The notes under the pieces are model-generated. The model saw only the letters and a program-made list of their open reading frames with translations, searched no databases and was not told the DNA's origin. Both the position numbers and the translations under genes were made by a program. From Coraliomargaritaceae bacterium (lineage in GTDB: Bacteria; Verrucomicrobiota; Verrucomicrobiia; Opitutales; Coraliomargaritaceae), in assembly GCA_965656495.1 (NCBI GenBank), contig CBFHKU010000004.1:139491-187882 (forward strand): a DNA stretch of 48,392 bases, read 5' to 3'. Shown piece by piece: positions 28,137 through 39,815 of this stretch (positions are counted from its first letter, which is position 1; each line of letters begins with the position of its first letter).

Positions 28137-29065
28137 GGGGTTTTGAGTGAGGAGCTGCTGACCCCCGCAGCCTCCAATTTTTGACGGAGTTCCATACAAT
28201 GCGCGGGCGGGCTTGGGTCGGTCCATTGCTTTGCCTGCGTGGGCGGTGCAAAACAAAGGGTCCGCAAACAAAGCTTGATTTTTTCACCAGCCGAAAGAGT
28301 TCGGCGTTTTCGCCACGCCCCACCCCCAAGTCGAAGCAGGCTTTGCCCGATTTCACGATAGAGCATGGTGGCAAGCAGGACCGCCCGCCGGTTGCGCGCT
28401 CCGATAAACCAGAAACCCTCCAAGGCGCTATCATAGAAGCTTTCCGCGAGAGACAAGAGGCGTTCAATGGCGGCATCCACTGTTTCGATTGAGTCAGAAT
28501 CGCCCGCAATGGCAGCCTCAATAACGGCGGGCTCAATCCATGCTCGCGGGAGGTAATAACGCCCAAGCTCAGCGTCCTCGGGAACATCCCGCGCGATATT
28601 GGTCAATTGAAGGGCGATACCCAAATCGACCGCAAAAGGAATGGCACGCGGGTCGTGCACCCCAAGCACCGGACACATCAAGACCCCAACCGTGCCCGCC
28701 ACCCCAAAGGCGAAGGCAAGCAATTCATTTTCATCCTCCACCCGGCGCGTTCCGCAGTCGTCACGGAGGGCTTGCGCGAGGAGCGTGGCTGCTTCAAGGG
28801 AGAGTCCGCGTTTGGCGGCAAGGTCGAGAAAATCAAGCACCACCGGGTCGGTCGCACTTACGGCGGGATCGAGTTCGCTAATAACGCGTTCCAGCGCGGC
28901 GGTCTCGCCCTGCGCGGAGGCATCCGCTAGATCATCGAGGACTCGGCAAAAATAATAGAGACGCGCTACTGCGTTCTGGTCCTCACGCGAAAAGAGCTGC
29001 GCCGCCAGCGAAAAGGTGCGGCTCTTAGCGCGAAAAAGCGCGGCAGGATTTGTTTCGGGTGGCAT
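28133..29065 (-). CDS. crtB: Phytoene synthase
   Basis: SRTFSLAA, YYFCRVLDDLAD, VAGTVG, LGIALQLTNIARDVPEDA..GRYYLP. Confidence 0.95.
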   Translation of the reverse strand: MPPETNPAALFRAKSRTFSLAAQLFSREDQNAVARLYYFCRVLDDLADASAQGETAALERVISELDPAVSATDPVVLDFLDLAAKRGLSLEAATLLAQALRDDCGTRRVEDENELLAFAFGVAGTVGVLMCPVLGVHDPRAIPFAVDLGIALQLTNIARDVPEDAELGRYYLPRAWIEPAVIEAAIAGDSDSIETVDAAIERLLSLAESFYDSALEGFWFIGARNRRAVLLATMLYREIGQSLLRLGGGAWRKRRTLSAGEKIKLCLRTLCFAPPTQAKQWTDPSPPAHCMELRQKLEAAGVSSSSLKTP

Positions 29066-30534
29066 CAGGCAGGCGGGCTTACTCGGTCTAAGACTTTGGC
29101 AGAGCAGAGAACGCCCGGTACGCCCGCCCCCGGATGCGTGCCCGCTCCAACAAGATAAAGATTCTGGAGGGCCTCCGAGCGGTTGTGGAAACGGAACCAG
29201 GCGGATTGAGAAAATATTGGAGAAACAGAAAACCCGCTCCCCTTTGAGCTCAGGTAATCCTGCGAAAAATCCTGTGGCGTCATGAAAAAATCGGAGCGAA
29301 TGGACTGTTGTAATCCGGGCAGAATGGTGCGGTCCAGGGCTGCGACAATGCGGTCGCGTAATTGTGGCCCCTCCACTTCCCAGTCAATTTGTGCCTGCAT
29401 ATTTGGAACCGGAGCAAGGACATAGAAGGAATCGTGCCCCTCCGGCGCGAAGCTCGCGTCGGTAGCGGTCGGGCGATGCAGGTAGAGGGAGAAATCTTCG
29501 GGCAAGGTGGAACCGTGAAAGATTTCATGAATGAGATCCTTGAAGCGTTCGCCTAGCCAAATGGTGTGGTGAGCGACCTCGGGGTATTGTCGGGCCGTCC
29601 CAAAATAAAGGACGAATAAACCCATGGATTGCTGCATGCGCATGCGTTTTGCCCTGAAACTCCAAGGGAGGGATGTGGGTTTTATCATCTTGGAATAGAG
29701 GTGCAGCGGATCGGCATTGGAGACCAGGAGATCGGTCGCAAAGGCATCGCCGTCATCCAATTCAACACCAGTGGCACGGCGACCTTGCGTCGTAATGGAA
29801 TCAACCGTCACCCCGGTGCGTATTTCAATCCCGGTTTCCAGCATGAGTTTGGTGAGGGCATCGACGATTGCGCCGGTGCCGCCCTCCGCAAAATAGATAC
29901 CCCACTTACGCTCCAGGTAGTGGATCAGACTGTAGATGCAGGTCGTTTCAAAGGGGTTGCCGCCCACCAAGAGTGGATGGATCGAAAAAGCGCGCCGCAG
30001 GTGCTCATTCTTTAAGTATTTGGATACAAGTTGCCAGACAGTGCGGTGGCAACCAAGTCGTGCAAGATTAGGAACCTGTTTGAGCATCGTGCCCACCGAG
30101 TGAAAGGACTGGTCTGCCAGTTCAGTGAAGCCAATATCAAAAATGCGCTTTGAATGATCCAACAGTTTGCGGTAGCCCTCGCAATCGTCCGGTTCAAAGG
30201 CATGGATTGCCGCTTGGGTGTCCTCCACCGTACCACCGTAATCAAATTCCCGACCATCGTGAAAATGAAATCGATACCAAACATCCAGCGGAATGAAATT
30301 CAGGTAATCCTCGCGCCGTTTGCCAAACAACTCGAAGAGTTCATCAAAGAGAAAAGGAGCGGTAATGACGGTGGGTCCCGCATCGTGGCGGTAACCATCG
30401 CGTTCAAAAACCTGGGCGCGACCTCCCAAACGGGAGCAGCGATCCAGGAGACTGACGTCATAGCCACGGGCGCGAAGGCGGAGGGCGGCTGCAATTCCAC
30501 CAAAGCCCCCGCCTATGACCGTAGCCTTTGGCAT
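29065..30534 (-). CDS. crtI: Phytoene desaturase
   Basis: VIGGGFGG FAD motif, DAGPTVIT, LLVGGNPF, LYLVGAGTHPGAGVPGV. Confidence 0.96.
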   Translation of the reverse strand: MPKATVIGGGFGGIAAALRLRARGYDVSLLDRCSRLGGRAQVFERDGYRHDAGPTVITAPFLFDELFELFGKRREDYLNFIPLDVWYRFHFHDGREFDYGGTVEDTQAAIHAFEPDDCEGYRKLLDHSKRIFDIGFTELADQSFHSVGTMLKQVPNLARLGCHRTVWQLVSKYLKNEHLRRAFSIHPLLVGGNPFETTCIYSLIHYLERKWGIYFAEGGTGAIVDALTKLMLETGIEIRTGVTVDSITTQGRRATGVELDDGDAFATDLLVSNADPLHLYSKMIKPTSLPWSFRAKRMRMQQSMGLFVLYFGTARQYPEVAHHTIWLGERFKDLIHEIFHGSTLPEDFSLYLHRPTATDASFAPEGHDSFYVLAPVPNMQAQIDWEVEGPQLRDRIVAALDRTILPGLQQSIRSDFFMTPQDFSQDYLSSKGSGFSVSPIFSQSAWFRFHNRSEALQNLYLVGAGTHPGAGVPGVLCSAKVLDRVSPPA

Positions 30535-30537
30535 CCT

Positions 30538-31419
30538 TTAGGTGTAGCTTTGCCTGACTTGTTCGATCAGTTTCCCGATGCCCGCTCCGCTGTGCTCCGG
30601 CAGTTGCGCCGCAAGCTCAAGTGCTTCATTGAGCACAGAGTCCGCGACTTGACGCGCTGCCATCTCCGCCTCGACGAAACTCAAGTCCGTCTCAAAGGCA
30701 TTTACAATGTTGGCATCGACTGCCTGCAGACGGTCGGTGGCACGGTCTTTCAAATCATCGAGCGCCTGATAACCCAAGCCGAAGAGTTTCCCGAGGCGTC
30801 GGGCGGTTTCGAGCGCTTCCTTGTGACCCGCCGCAAGGAGCGGGAGACTCACGGAAAGTCCAAATAACGGTCCTGATTTCATGGATGCCGTTAGTTTAAC
30901 CTGCTCGACCGCCTCAATCTTCGTATCGTCCTGATCCCAGGTTTGACCCAGAATCGTGTCGGCGACCGCCTGATGCACCTCCATAGTCAGGGAACCAAGC
31001 TGCTCAACATTTTTGATTTGGCTCAAGGAAACAAAAGCAGTGGTCGTAAGGCGCAGGGTCAATCCCAGGGCAACATCACGCCCAAAAAGCGCACATACCG
31101 TCGGGTGTCCACGGCGTTCAAGGGCGCTGTCCTGAAAATCATCCAGCACCAGCGAGGCGTTGTGCAGCGCCTCCACGCAGGCCGCGAGGCATTGCGCGGT
31201 ATGCGAATCCAAGCCAAGCGCCTGCGAGGCATCCAAGCTGAGGGAGGCCCGCATTTGTTTGCCAGAAGCTTGGAAGTGATGCTCAAAGGCATCACGAATC
31301 GGATCGTCATCACGAGAGGAGGTGACCTCTCCGAAATGATTTCGTATTAGGCAGATAACCCCCGACAGCAGGGAGCTGTCGGGGGCTACGATAAAAGAAC
31401 TATCGGTTTTCATTACCAA
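30538..31419 (-). CDS. crtE: Geranylgeranyl pyrophosphate synthase
   Basis: GKQMRA, HNASLVLDDFQD..RRG, GYQALDDLKD. Confidence 0.88.
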   Translation of the reverse strand: MVMKTDSSFIVAPDSSLLSGVICLIRNHFGEVTSSRDDDPIRDAFEHHFQASGKQMRASLSLDASQALGLDSHTAQCLAACVEALHNASLVLDDFQDSALERRGHPTVCALFGRDVALGLTLRLTTTAFVSLSQIKNVEQLGSLTMEVHQAVADTILGQTWDQDDTKIEAVEQVKLTASMKSGPLFGLSVSLPLLAAGHKEALETARRLGKLFGLGYQALDDLKDRATDRLQAVDANIVNAFETDLSFVEAEMAARQVADSVLNEALELAAQLPEHSGAGIGKLIEQVRQSYT

Positions 31420-31436
31420 TAGCTAAAGACCGTGAC

Positions 31437-32195
31437 TTAAGCGGCAATGGATTGACCGCCTCCTTGAGACTTCTTCAATGCGATCACGAAGATCAAGACA
31501 CCAAAGACAGCCTTCGCAACGATGTCAGCAATTGAGTAGCCCACTTCTACGAAGGTGGTGGCGTCGCCGCCGTCAATACCGAGCATGGGGAAGATGAAGA
31601 CAATCGGATAGAAAGCCCAGGAAGCCACTACGAGGAAGCGTGCTTTGCCGACCAGGGAACGGACCGACTCCGGTTGCTGTGCTTGAGCATCTTTTAAACC
31701 TACAAAGAGTTCGTAAACAATCACGATGAAAGGAACCATGGAAATCGCCCAGAAGATCCAGCGGGTGCTGTTTACGTCGGAAATTTCACCGGGATAACCA
31801 AATATAATCATGATCGCCGCAAGAGATCCCAACTTGATTGATTTGTTGGCGGTTTCCGCAGCACTGAGTTTCATAACCAAAATGAGCTCAATGAGAAGGA
31901 GGGGCACTGTTAGGAGCCAGTCAACGTAGCGGTAGGCAGGATTGAAGGCTTTACCGGTCGCAACGAGTACGCCGTCAACAATCGCATACGCCTCTTCCCA
32001 GCTAGCGAATATACGCCAGTAGTGGTAAAGAGCAATGAAGGTAACAAGTCCGCTGATAGTAACGGCAGTCTTGTATTGGTCAGCAACCTGAGAGCGGTTG
32101 ATCCACAAGAACGCGGTAGCCGCGCCCATTGCTGCGATGGTGAGCGAGAAAAAATTGCTCACGAGGTGGTATTGTCCAATGGTTAGTTCTGTCAT
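31437..32195 (-). CDS. Microbial rhodopsin, xanthorhodopsin-like DTE proton pump
   Basis: Seven TM helices; RYVDWLLTVPLLLIE (R89, D92, T96, E103), H58, GYPGE, WAFYP, and DIVAK (retinal-binding K228). Confidence 0.96.
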   Translation of the reverse strand: MTELTIGQYHLVSNFFSLTIAAMGAATAFLWINRSQVADQYKTAVTISGLVTFIALYHYWRIFASWEEAYAIVDGVLVATGKAFNPAYRYVDWLLTVPLLLIELILVMKLSAAETANKSIKLGSLAAIMIIFGYPGEISDVNSTRWIFWAISMVPFIVIVYELFVGLKDAQAQQPESVRSLVGKARFLVVASWAFYPIVFIFPMLGIDGGDATTFVEVGYSIADIVAKAVFGVLIFVIALKKSQGGGQSIAA

Positions 32196-32480
32196 ATTTA
32201 GTTTTGGGTTAAAAGGGGTAAGAACATAATCAAAATTACGGTAACAATCCTTACAAGTGTATTTTAACTAAAAAAAATTGTAAAATACGGGGAATAAACC
32301 ATCTGAAATTCGATACTGATCGCCCTAAACCTTGATGCAAACCCGCATCAACGCCCAACTGTCTGGAAAAACCAATCCTCCGCGTAGAAATACATTAATC
32401 CAAGTTGTCCCAGATGCCTCCAAGAATGCAGCAAGGGCGCGATTCGCTAAAAATTTCCTCTTTTGAATCAGATGCCTTGA

Positions 32481-34751
<2,271 letters not shown>

Positions 34752-34774
34752 GCGGACCTGGCGCCCCAAGCGCC

Positions 34775-35026
34775 TCAAGCGTCAGTGCTCCGCCCACGAA
34801 GGTGTTGCTCAAATCGCTTGCGGTGCTTGGTGATGCGTCCGCTGACTCGCTCCCGCCAACGGCGGAAACTTGCGGGTTTGAGTTCGCGCCGCATCAGACG
34901 AATGACCTCCGCTTCCGGCAGACCATAGGTTTTTTCAATGACCTCAAAACTGGTGCGGTCGTGCCACGCGAGGCGAACGATCGCATCTTTGGTCTTGGGG
35001 CTGAGGATGGACTTCGGCTTTGGCAT
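34775..35026 (-). CDS. TIGR03643/DUF2805 family protein
   Basis: AWHDRTSFEVI..YGLPEAEVIRLMRRELKPASFRRWRERVSGRITKH. Confidence 0.9.
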   Translation of the reverse strand: MPKPKSILSPKTKDAIVRLAWHDRTSFEVIEKTYGLPEAEVIRLMRRELKPASFRRWRERVSGRITKHRKRFEQHLRGRSTDA

Positions 35027-35043
35027 AGTTCAACGAGGCTCGC

Positions 35044-35196
35044 TCAGGCTGCGGATTTTTTGCATCGCTCCGAGCAATAGCGAACTGCCTCCCACGAACG
35101 CGCCCATTTCTTGCGCCATTTGAAAGGTCGCACGCAAACCGGACAAATTTTCTCGGGCAGATCGCATTTGTGGACTGTTTTTCCCTTACGTTTCAC
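35044..35196 (-). CDS. DUF2256 small Cys-rich protein (50 aa, absent from the ORF track)
   Basis: Translated by hand from GTG 35196: [50 protein letters not shown]. Matches LPxKxCxxCxRPFxWRKKW...YCSxRC. Confidence 0.92.
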   Translation of the reverse strand: MKRKGKTVHKCDLPEKICPVCVRPFKWRKKWARSWEAVRYCSERCKKSAA

Positions 35197-35461
35197 AAAT
35201 TCGAATGAGTCACAAAGCAAAGAAAGCTCAAGTTGCGACGTCGTTTATTTCGTAAATGAGATTTGAGGAAACCCTTTGCTTGGTGAAGATTTCGAAGCGA
35301 TAAATAACCTCCTAATTTGTCGATGCGCTCCTGGAATTGAATGCGTTTTCAGGTGCTTACCCGTTTAGCAGGCAAGAATTTTACTGCAATCAATACTAAT
35401 TACGAAAACTTAATATTTTACATTTAAATTTTTTAACCCCTTTAACATAGTTCCAAAACCT

Positions 35462-36157
35462 ATGAATAAAATATTTATAATCCTGTTCATTACACTCTGT
35501 GCTTCAATCGCAGATGCGAGAGAGTTTCGGACATTTAAAGACAAGCAAGGTCGCGAAATGAGCGCTAAAGTAACTCTTGTTAGTGGAGATGATGTTTATA
35601 TCGAGCGCAGTGATCGGCTAAGAACAAAGCTTTCCATTAACATCTTCTGTGAATCAGACCAAAAGTACATTCGCGACTGGGCTATGAAAGAAGCCCTAAA
35701 AAATGGCGCCTTTGAAATACGTTTCACCAAGGAAGAATCAGATAAAAATAAATCTGAAAACGGAGGCATTATTACTACGAGTTATAAAGCTTGGTATGAG
35801 ATTGTTCTCAAAAATACGACACAACAGGCAATCAAAGATTTGAGGGTTGAATATATCTGCTTTAAATTCACCGATAAGGTAGCAGCAATAAAGCGCAGTG
35901 AAGGTGAATTTGAGCGTATCAATGGTGAGGTTCTTTTTGAATCCTTAGCTGCACGCTCAGAGGAGAAACGCCCAACCAAAAATTTCAAAATGAAGGAAAC
36001 GGGACTCATGGATGGCTGGGTTTGGTCAGGGGACGCGAGAAAATCACGAGAAAGTAAAGACAAGTTAGAGGGGATTTGGGTTAAAGTTTATGCCGGAAAT
36101 TCACTTGTTTTAGAGACTGCGCGACCCGAAAGCCTGATGAGAAATGAAGTTTGGTAG
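35462..36157 (+). CDS. Secreted hypothetical protein with an N-terminal SHD1-like domain
   Basis: Signal peptide (SIADA|REFRTFKDKQGR..SDQKYIRDW); visibly AT-rich relative to its neighbours. Confidence 0.7.
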   Translation: MNKIFIILFITLCASIADAREFRTFKDKQGREMSAKVTLVSGDDVYIERSDRLRTKLSINIFCESDQKYIRDWAMKEALKNGAFEIRFTKEESDKNKSENGGIITTSYKAWYEIVLKNTTQQAIKDLRVEYICFKFTDKVAAIKRSEGEFERINGEVLFESLAARSEEKRPTKNFKMKETGLMDGWVWSGDARKSRESKDKLEGIWVKVYAGNSLVLETARPESLMRNEVW

Positions 36158-36318
36158 CTACCTAACATTGAAAATATTGGTCTGTGAGTCCCGGTTTTTC
36201 GCACAAAGCATCAGGTGAATTAGAAATAATTAGCCTTTCATCATTGGTAGCCAAAGGATCGAATTAAGCTAAGAAAATGAATTGCAGGGCAGCGGGGAGA
36301 CCTTGAGGATGCTTGGCG

Positions 36319-37479
36319 ATGTCGACGACTGAGTACAATTTTACGAGCTGCCCGGAACGGCGTGGCCATGGATCCCTCAAGTGGGAGAAATACGCGGATC
36401 CGGAGGTCTTGCCGCTTTGGGTCGCCGACATGGATTTTGAGACGGCGCCGGAGATTGTATCCGCTCTGCAGGCGCGATTGGATCATGGGGTCTTTGGTTA
36501 CACGATCCCGCATACTGAACCGATCGAGGCAGTGCTTCGCTATCTCGAACGGGCACATGGCTACGCCGCAAAAGCGGGATGGCTCAATTTCCTGCCGGGC
36601 CTGGTGCCGGCGATCAACCTTTGCTGTCACGCCTTCACCCAGCCCGACGAATCGGTCATGACCGCGACCCCGGTCTACCCTCCCTTTCTAAGCGCTCCGG
36701 ACTATGCAAAACGGGAATTGATCGGCGTGCCGCTCTGTCTGAATGCATCCGACCAATGGACCCTCGATTTTGAGGCAATGGAAGCGGCGGTACGTCCAAA
36801 TACCCGCCTCTTTATTTTATGCAGTCCGCACAATCCGGTAGGAAGGGTCTTCACGCAGGCAGAATTACTGGCATTGGGGGAATTCTGCGAACGCCATGAC
36901 TTAATCCTGATCTCAGACGAAATTCATTGCGATTTAATCTTTGACGAGGCTGCCAAGCACATTGTGACTGCGAGCCTGAACGAAACGCTTGCGGCGCGCA
37001 CCATCACCCTCATGGCGCCCAGCAAGACCTATAATCTGCCCGGTCTCGCCTGCGCCTTTTCCATCATCGAAAACCGCGAACTGCGACAACGATTCAACCA
37101 AACCATTCGCGGAATCATCACGGAGGTGAATTGCTTCGGGTATGCCGGTTGCGCCGCGGCCTACAATCACGGCGAAGCATGGCGCCTCGCTCTGGTCGAT
37201 ACCCTCCGGGACAATTACAACACCCTGCGGGCATTCCTCGCCAGCGAACTGCCTCAAATCATCTTCCGCCCGATGCAGGCAACCTACCTCGCCTGGCTCG
37301 ATGTGCGTGGCCTCGAATTGAAACAACCGGCGCAATTCTTTGAACAAAACGGAATCGGACTTTCCTGCGGCGAACCCTTTGGCGGCCCGGGGCATGTGCG
37401 CCTGAATTTTGGTTGCCCCAAGACCCGCCTCGAGGAAGGACTGGAACGCATGGCGCGGGCATTCAAGCACCGTGGTTAA
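36319..37479 (+). CDS. PatB/MalY-family PLP-dependent C-S lyase (cystathionine beta-lyase)
   Basis: SLKW, PLWVADMDF, HGVFGY, LCSPHNPVGRV, SDEIHCD, APSKTYN, RLNFGC. Confidence 0.92.
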   Translation: MSTTEYNFTSCPERRGHGSLKWEKYADPEVLPLWVADMDFETAPEIVSALQARLDHGVFGYTIPHTEPIEAVLRYLERAHGYAAKAGWLNFLPGLVPAINLCCHAFTQPDESVMTATPVYPPFLSAPDYAKRELIGVPLCLNASDQWTLDFEAMEAAVRPNTRLFILCSPHNPVGRVFTQAELLALGEFCERHDLILISDEIHCDLIFDEAAKHIVTASLNETLAARTITLMAPSKTYNLPGLACAFSIIENRELRQRFNQTIRGIITEVNCFGYAGCAAAYNHGEAWRLALVDTLRDNYNTLRAFLASELPQIIFRPMQATYLAWLDVRGLELKQPAQFFEQNGIGLSCGEPFGGPGHVRLNFGCPKTRLEEGLERMARAFKHRG

Positions 37480-37482
37480 ACA

Positions 37483-37857
37483 ATGGAAAGCGTGCGACTG
37501 GACAGGTGGTTATGGGCGATGCGGGTTTACAAAACTCGCAGCGATGCTCTGGATGCCTGCCGCGGTTCAGCGGTGCGCCTGAACGGCAATATCGCCAAGC
37601 CCGCTGCCAAAGTGCGGATCGGTGATATCGTGGTAGCACGCACCCAAGCGCTGCGCCGTACCCTGCAAGTGCTCGCGCTCAGCGATAAACGCCTCGGCGC
37701 GGCGCGGCTCCCTGAATTCATGGAAGATCAAACCCCGCCGGAAGATCTGGAGGCCGCCCGCGAGAAGCGTGCCAACGCGAGACTCTTCAAACACGAGGGC
37801 GGCGGTCGCCCTACCAAAAAAGACCGGCGCACGATTGAACGCCTGCTGGGACCTTAA
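37483..37857 (+). CDS. hslR: Ribosome-associated heat shock protein Hsp15 (S4 domain)
   Basis: VRLDRWLWAMRVYKTRS..AKPA..GRPTKKDRR. Confidence 0.92.
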   Translation: MESVRLDRWLWAMRVYKTRSDALDACRGSAVRLNGNIAKPAAKVRIGDIVVARTQALRRTLQVLALSDKRLGAARLPEFMEDQTPPEDLEAAREKRANARLFKHEGGGRPTKKDRRTIERLLGP

Positions 37858-37902
37858 AGCGGGATGCTATTTGGGGCTTATGGGCGTCCCAAGAATTGAT
37901 AT

Positions 37903-37940
37903 TTGACATCGCCAAAATACGTACATTATCCTGTTCGTAT
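37903..37940 (+). promoter_or_regulatory. yefM-yoeB promoter with an overlapping inverted-repeat operator
   Basis: TTGACA (37903)-N18-TATCCT (37927); inverted repeat ATACGTACA-N6-TGTTCGTAT (37917-37940). Confidence 0.65.
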
Positions 37941-38196
37941 GAAGGCTATCACATATACCGCTGCCAGAGAAAAACTGGCCACTACGATGGATCGAGTCTG
38001 CGAAGACCGTGACCCGGTCATTATCACAAGAAAACGAGAACAAGCAGTGGTCATGATCTCGCTGGAGGATTATGAAGCCTTACAAGAGACCGCCTACCTC
38101 ATGCGGAGTCCGGCGAATGCGAAACGCCTCATGGAATCGATTGAAGCCGCCGAAAAGGGCGATGCCCGCTCGCAAAAGATTGACCTCGAAGGATGA
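37939..38196 (+). CDS. yefM: YefM (Phd family) antitoxin
   Basis: MKAITYTAAREKLA..DPVIITR..ETAYLMRSPANAKRL. Confidence 0.95.
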   Translation: MKAITYTAAREKLATTMDRVCEDRDPVIITRKREQAVVMISLEDYEALQETAYLMRSPANAKRLMESIEAAEKGDARSQKIDLEG

Positions 38197-38450
38197 ACCT
38201 CAGCTTTACGCCTCAAGCCTGGGAGGATTATCAATATTGGCAAAAGACGGATCAACGCGTCTTAAAGCGGATTCATTTATTGATACGTGAAATTTTGCGT
38301 GACCCCTATGAGGGCATTGGAAAACCGGAGGCCCTAAAGCATAATCTGAGTGGTTATTATTCGCGGCGCATCACCGAGGAACACCGCATTGTTTACAAAC
38401 AAATCGAGCGCAGTATCATCTTAGTGCAATTGCGCTACCACTATCACTAG
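38193..38450 (+). CDS. yoeB: YoeB (Txe) mRNA interferase toxin
   Basis: AWEDYQYWQ, GIGKPEALK, SRRITEEHR, RYHY. Confidence 0.95.
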   Translation: MNLSFTPQAWEDYQYWQKTDQRVLKRIHLLIREILRDPYEGIGKPEALKHNLSGYYSRRITEEHRIVYKQIERSIILVQLRYHYH

Positions 38451-38456
38451 GATAGT

Positions 38457-39815
38457 CTAAGCGTGTTCCCGCATGAAGGCCTTGATCGCCTCCGGGGTGG
38501 GCTCGACGTAGTGCTTCACAATGGGACGATCCTTGAGCACTTCGAGGCTGGGATGAGTGGGTTCTTCGCCAATCGCCTCAACAATGGTGTCGGGGAATTT
38601 CGCGGGGTGCGCGGTGGCGAGAATGATTTCCGGCCCGTCCCCTGCCCCGTCTTTCTGGAATCCACATGCGGTATGGGGATCGACGACGTAATCATACTGA
38701 GTATGAACCGCCTTTATGAGGCTTGCGATTTCAGCATCATCGGTACGGGAACTGCCAAAGCTTTGGCGGTCAAAATTCTCAAATTCATACCGCCCGGTGG
38801 ATTTAAAAGTCTGCATGATTTCGCGCACCTCAGTGGGGTCGGAACCCACTGCGTAGTAAAGGAAGCGTTCAAAATTCGAGGCGACTTGAATATCCATGGA
38901 GGGGGCAAGGCTGGGCGCGACATTTTCAAGGGCGTAGGTGCCGGTTTGAAAGAGGCGGTGCAGGATGTCGTTTTGATTGGTTGCGACCCGGAAACCCTTG
39001 AGGGGCACTCCCATTTGTTGCACCAACCAACCCGCGAGGACATTCCCGAAGTTCCCGGTCGGTACCACAAAGGTGACGTGTTCGCGCTCCGCGGCAGGCA
39101 GGCGGAAAAAGGCGTAAAGGTAGTAAACGCACTGGGCAAGAATGCGGGCGAGATTGATGGAATTGACGGCAGAGAGCCCGACCTCCGCAGCGAAGGCGCG
39201 GTCTTCAAACACCGTTTTCATCGCAGTCTGGGCGTCGTCAAAGCTGCCCTTGATCGCAAGGGGAAAGACATTATCCGCACCGGTGCAGGTCATTTGACGC
39301 TCCTGCAGCGGCGCAATGCGTCCATCGGGATAGAGAATAAAAGTTTTGACCCCTTTCTTACCGAGGAGGCCGTGAATCGCAGCGGCGCCGGTATCGCCGG
39401 AAGTCGCACCGAGGACCGAGATGGGGCGTCCGGTGCGGGCGATTTGCGCCTCGTAGAAATTGCCGAGGAGTTGCAGGGCAAAATCCTTGAAGGCGAGAGT
39501 CGGCCCGTGGAAGAGCTCCAGGACGTAGCGTCCGGGACCCAGTTCCCGAATCGGGGCAATGGCGGGATCGTCAAATTTATCGTAAGAAAGGGAAACAATA
39601 CGGTGTAGTTCAGCCGCATCCAAATCGGTGGCAAAGTGCGCAAAGAATGCCTCGCACAATTCGGGGTAAGTCAGGGATTCCCATTCGTGGAGGTACCCGC
39701 TGAGGTCGGGGAGTTGCTCGGGCAGGTACAGTCCGCCGTCGGGCGCGAGACCGTGCTCGACTGCCGTGCTAAAGGAAACAGGAGGGACTTGACCGCGGGT
39801 ACTGTGGTAATTCAT
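38457..39815 (-). CDS. thrC: Threonine synthase
   Basis: YHSTRG, GLAPDGGLY, ELFHGPTLAFKD, ATSGDTG, NSINLAR, PTGNFGN, TAHPAKF. Confidence 0.97.
   Translation of the reverse strand: MNYHSTRGQVPPVSFSTAVEHGLAPDGGLYLPEQLPDLSGYLHEWESLTYPELCEAFFAHFATDLDAAELHRIVSLSYDKFDDPAIAPIRELGPGRYVLELFHGPTLAFKDFALQLLGNFYEAQIARTGRPISVLGATSGDTGAAAIHGLLGKKGVKTFILYPDGRIAPLQERQMTCTGADNVFPLAIKGSFDDAQTAMKTVFEDRAFAAEVGLSAVNSINLARILAQCVYYLYAFFRLPAAEREHVTFVVPTGNFGNVLAGWLVQQMGVPLKGFRVATNQNDILHRLFQTGTYALENVAPSLAPSMDIQVASNFERFLYYAVGSDPTEVREIMQTFKSTGRYEFENFDRQSFGSSRTDDAEIASLIKAVHTQYDYVVDPHTACGFQKDGAGDGPEIILATAHPAKFPDTIVEAIGEEPTHPSLEVLKDRPIVKHYVEPTPEAIKAFMREHA

Noticed and set aside
37501..37509. GACAGGTGG matching the tRNA-Thr 3' region as a possible attR
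   Set aside because: Only 9 bp and inside the conserved hslR coding motif; consistent with chance.
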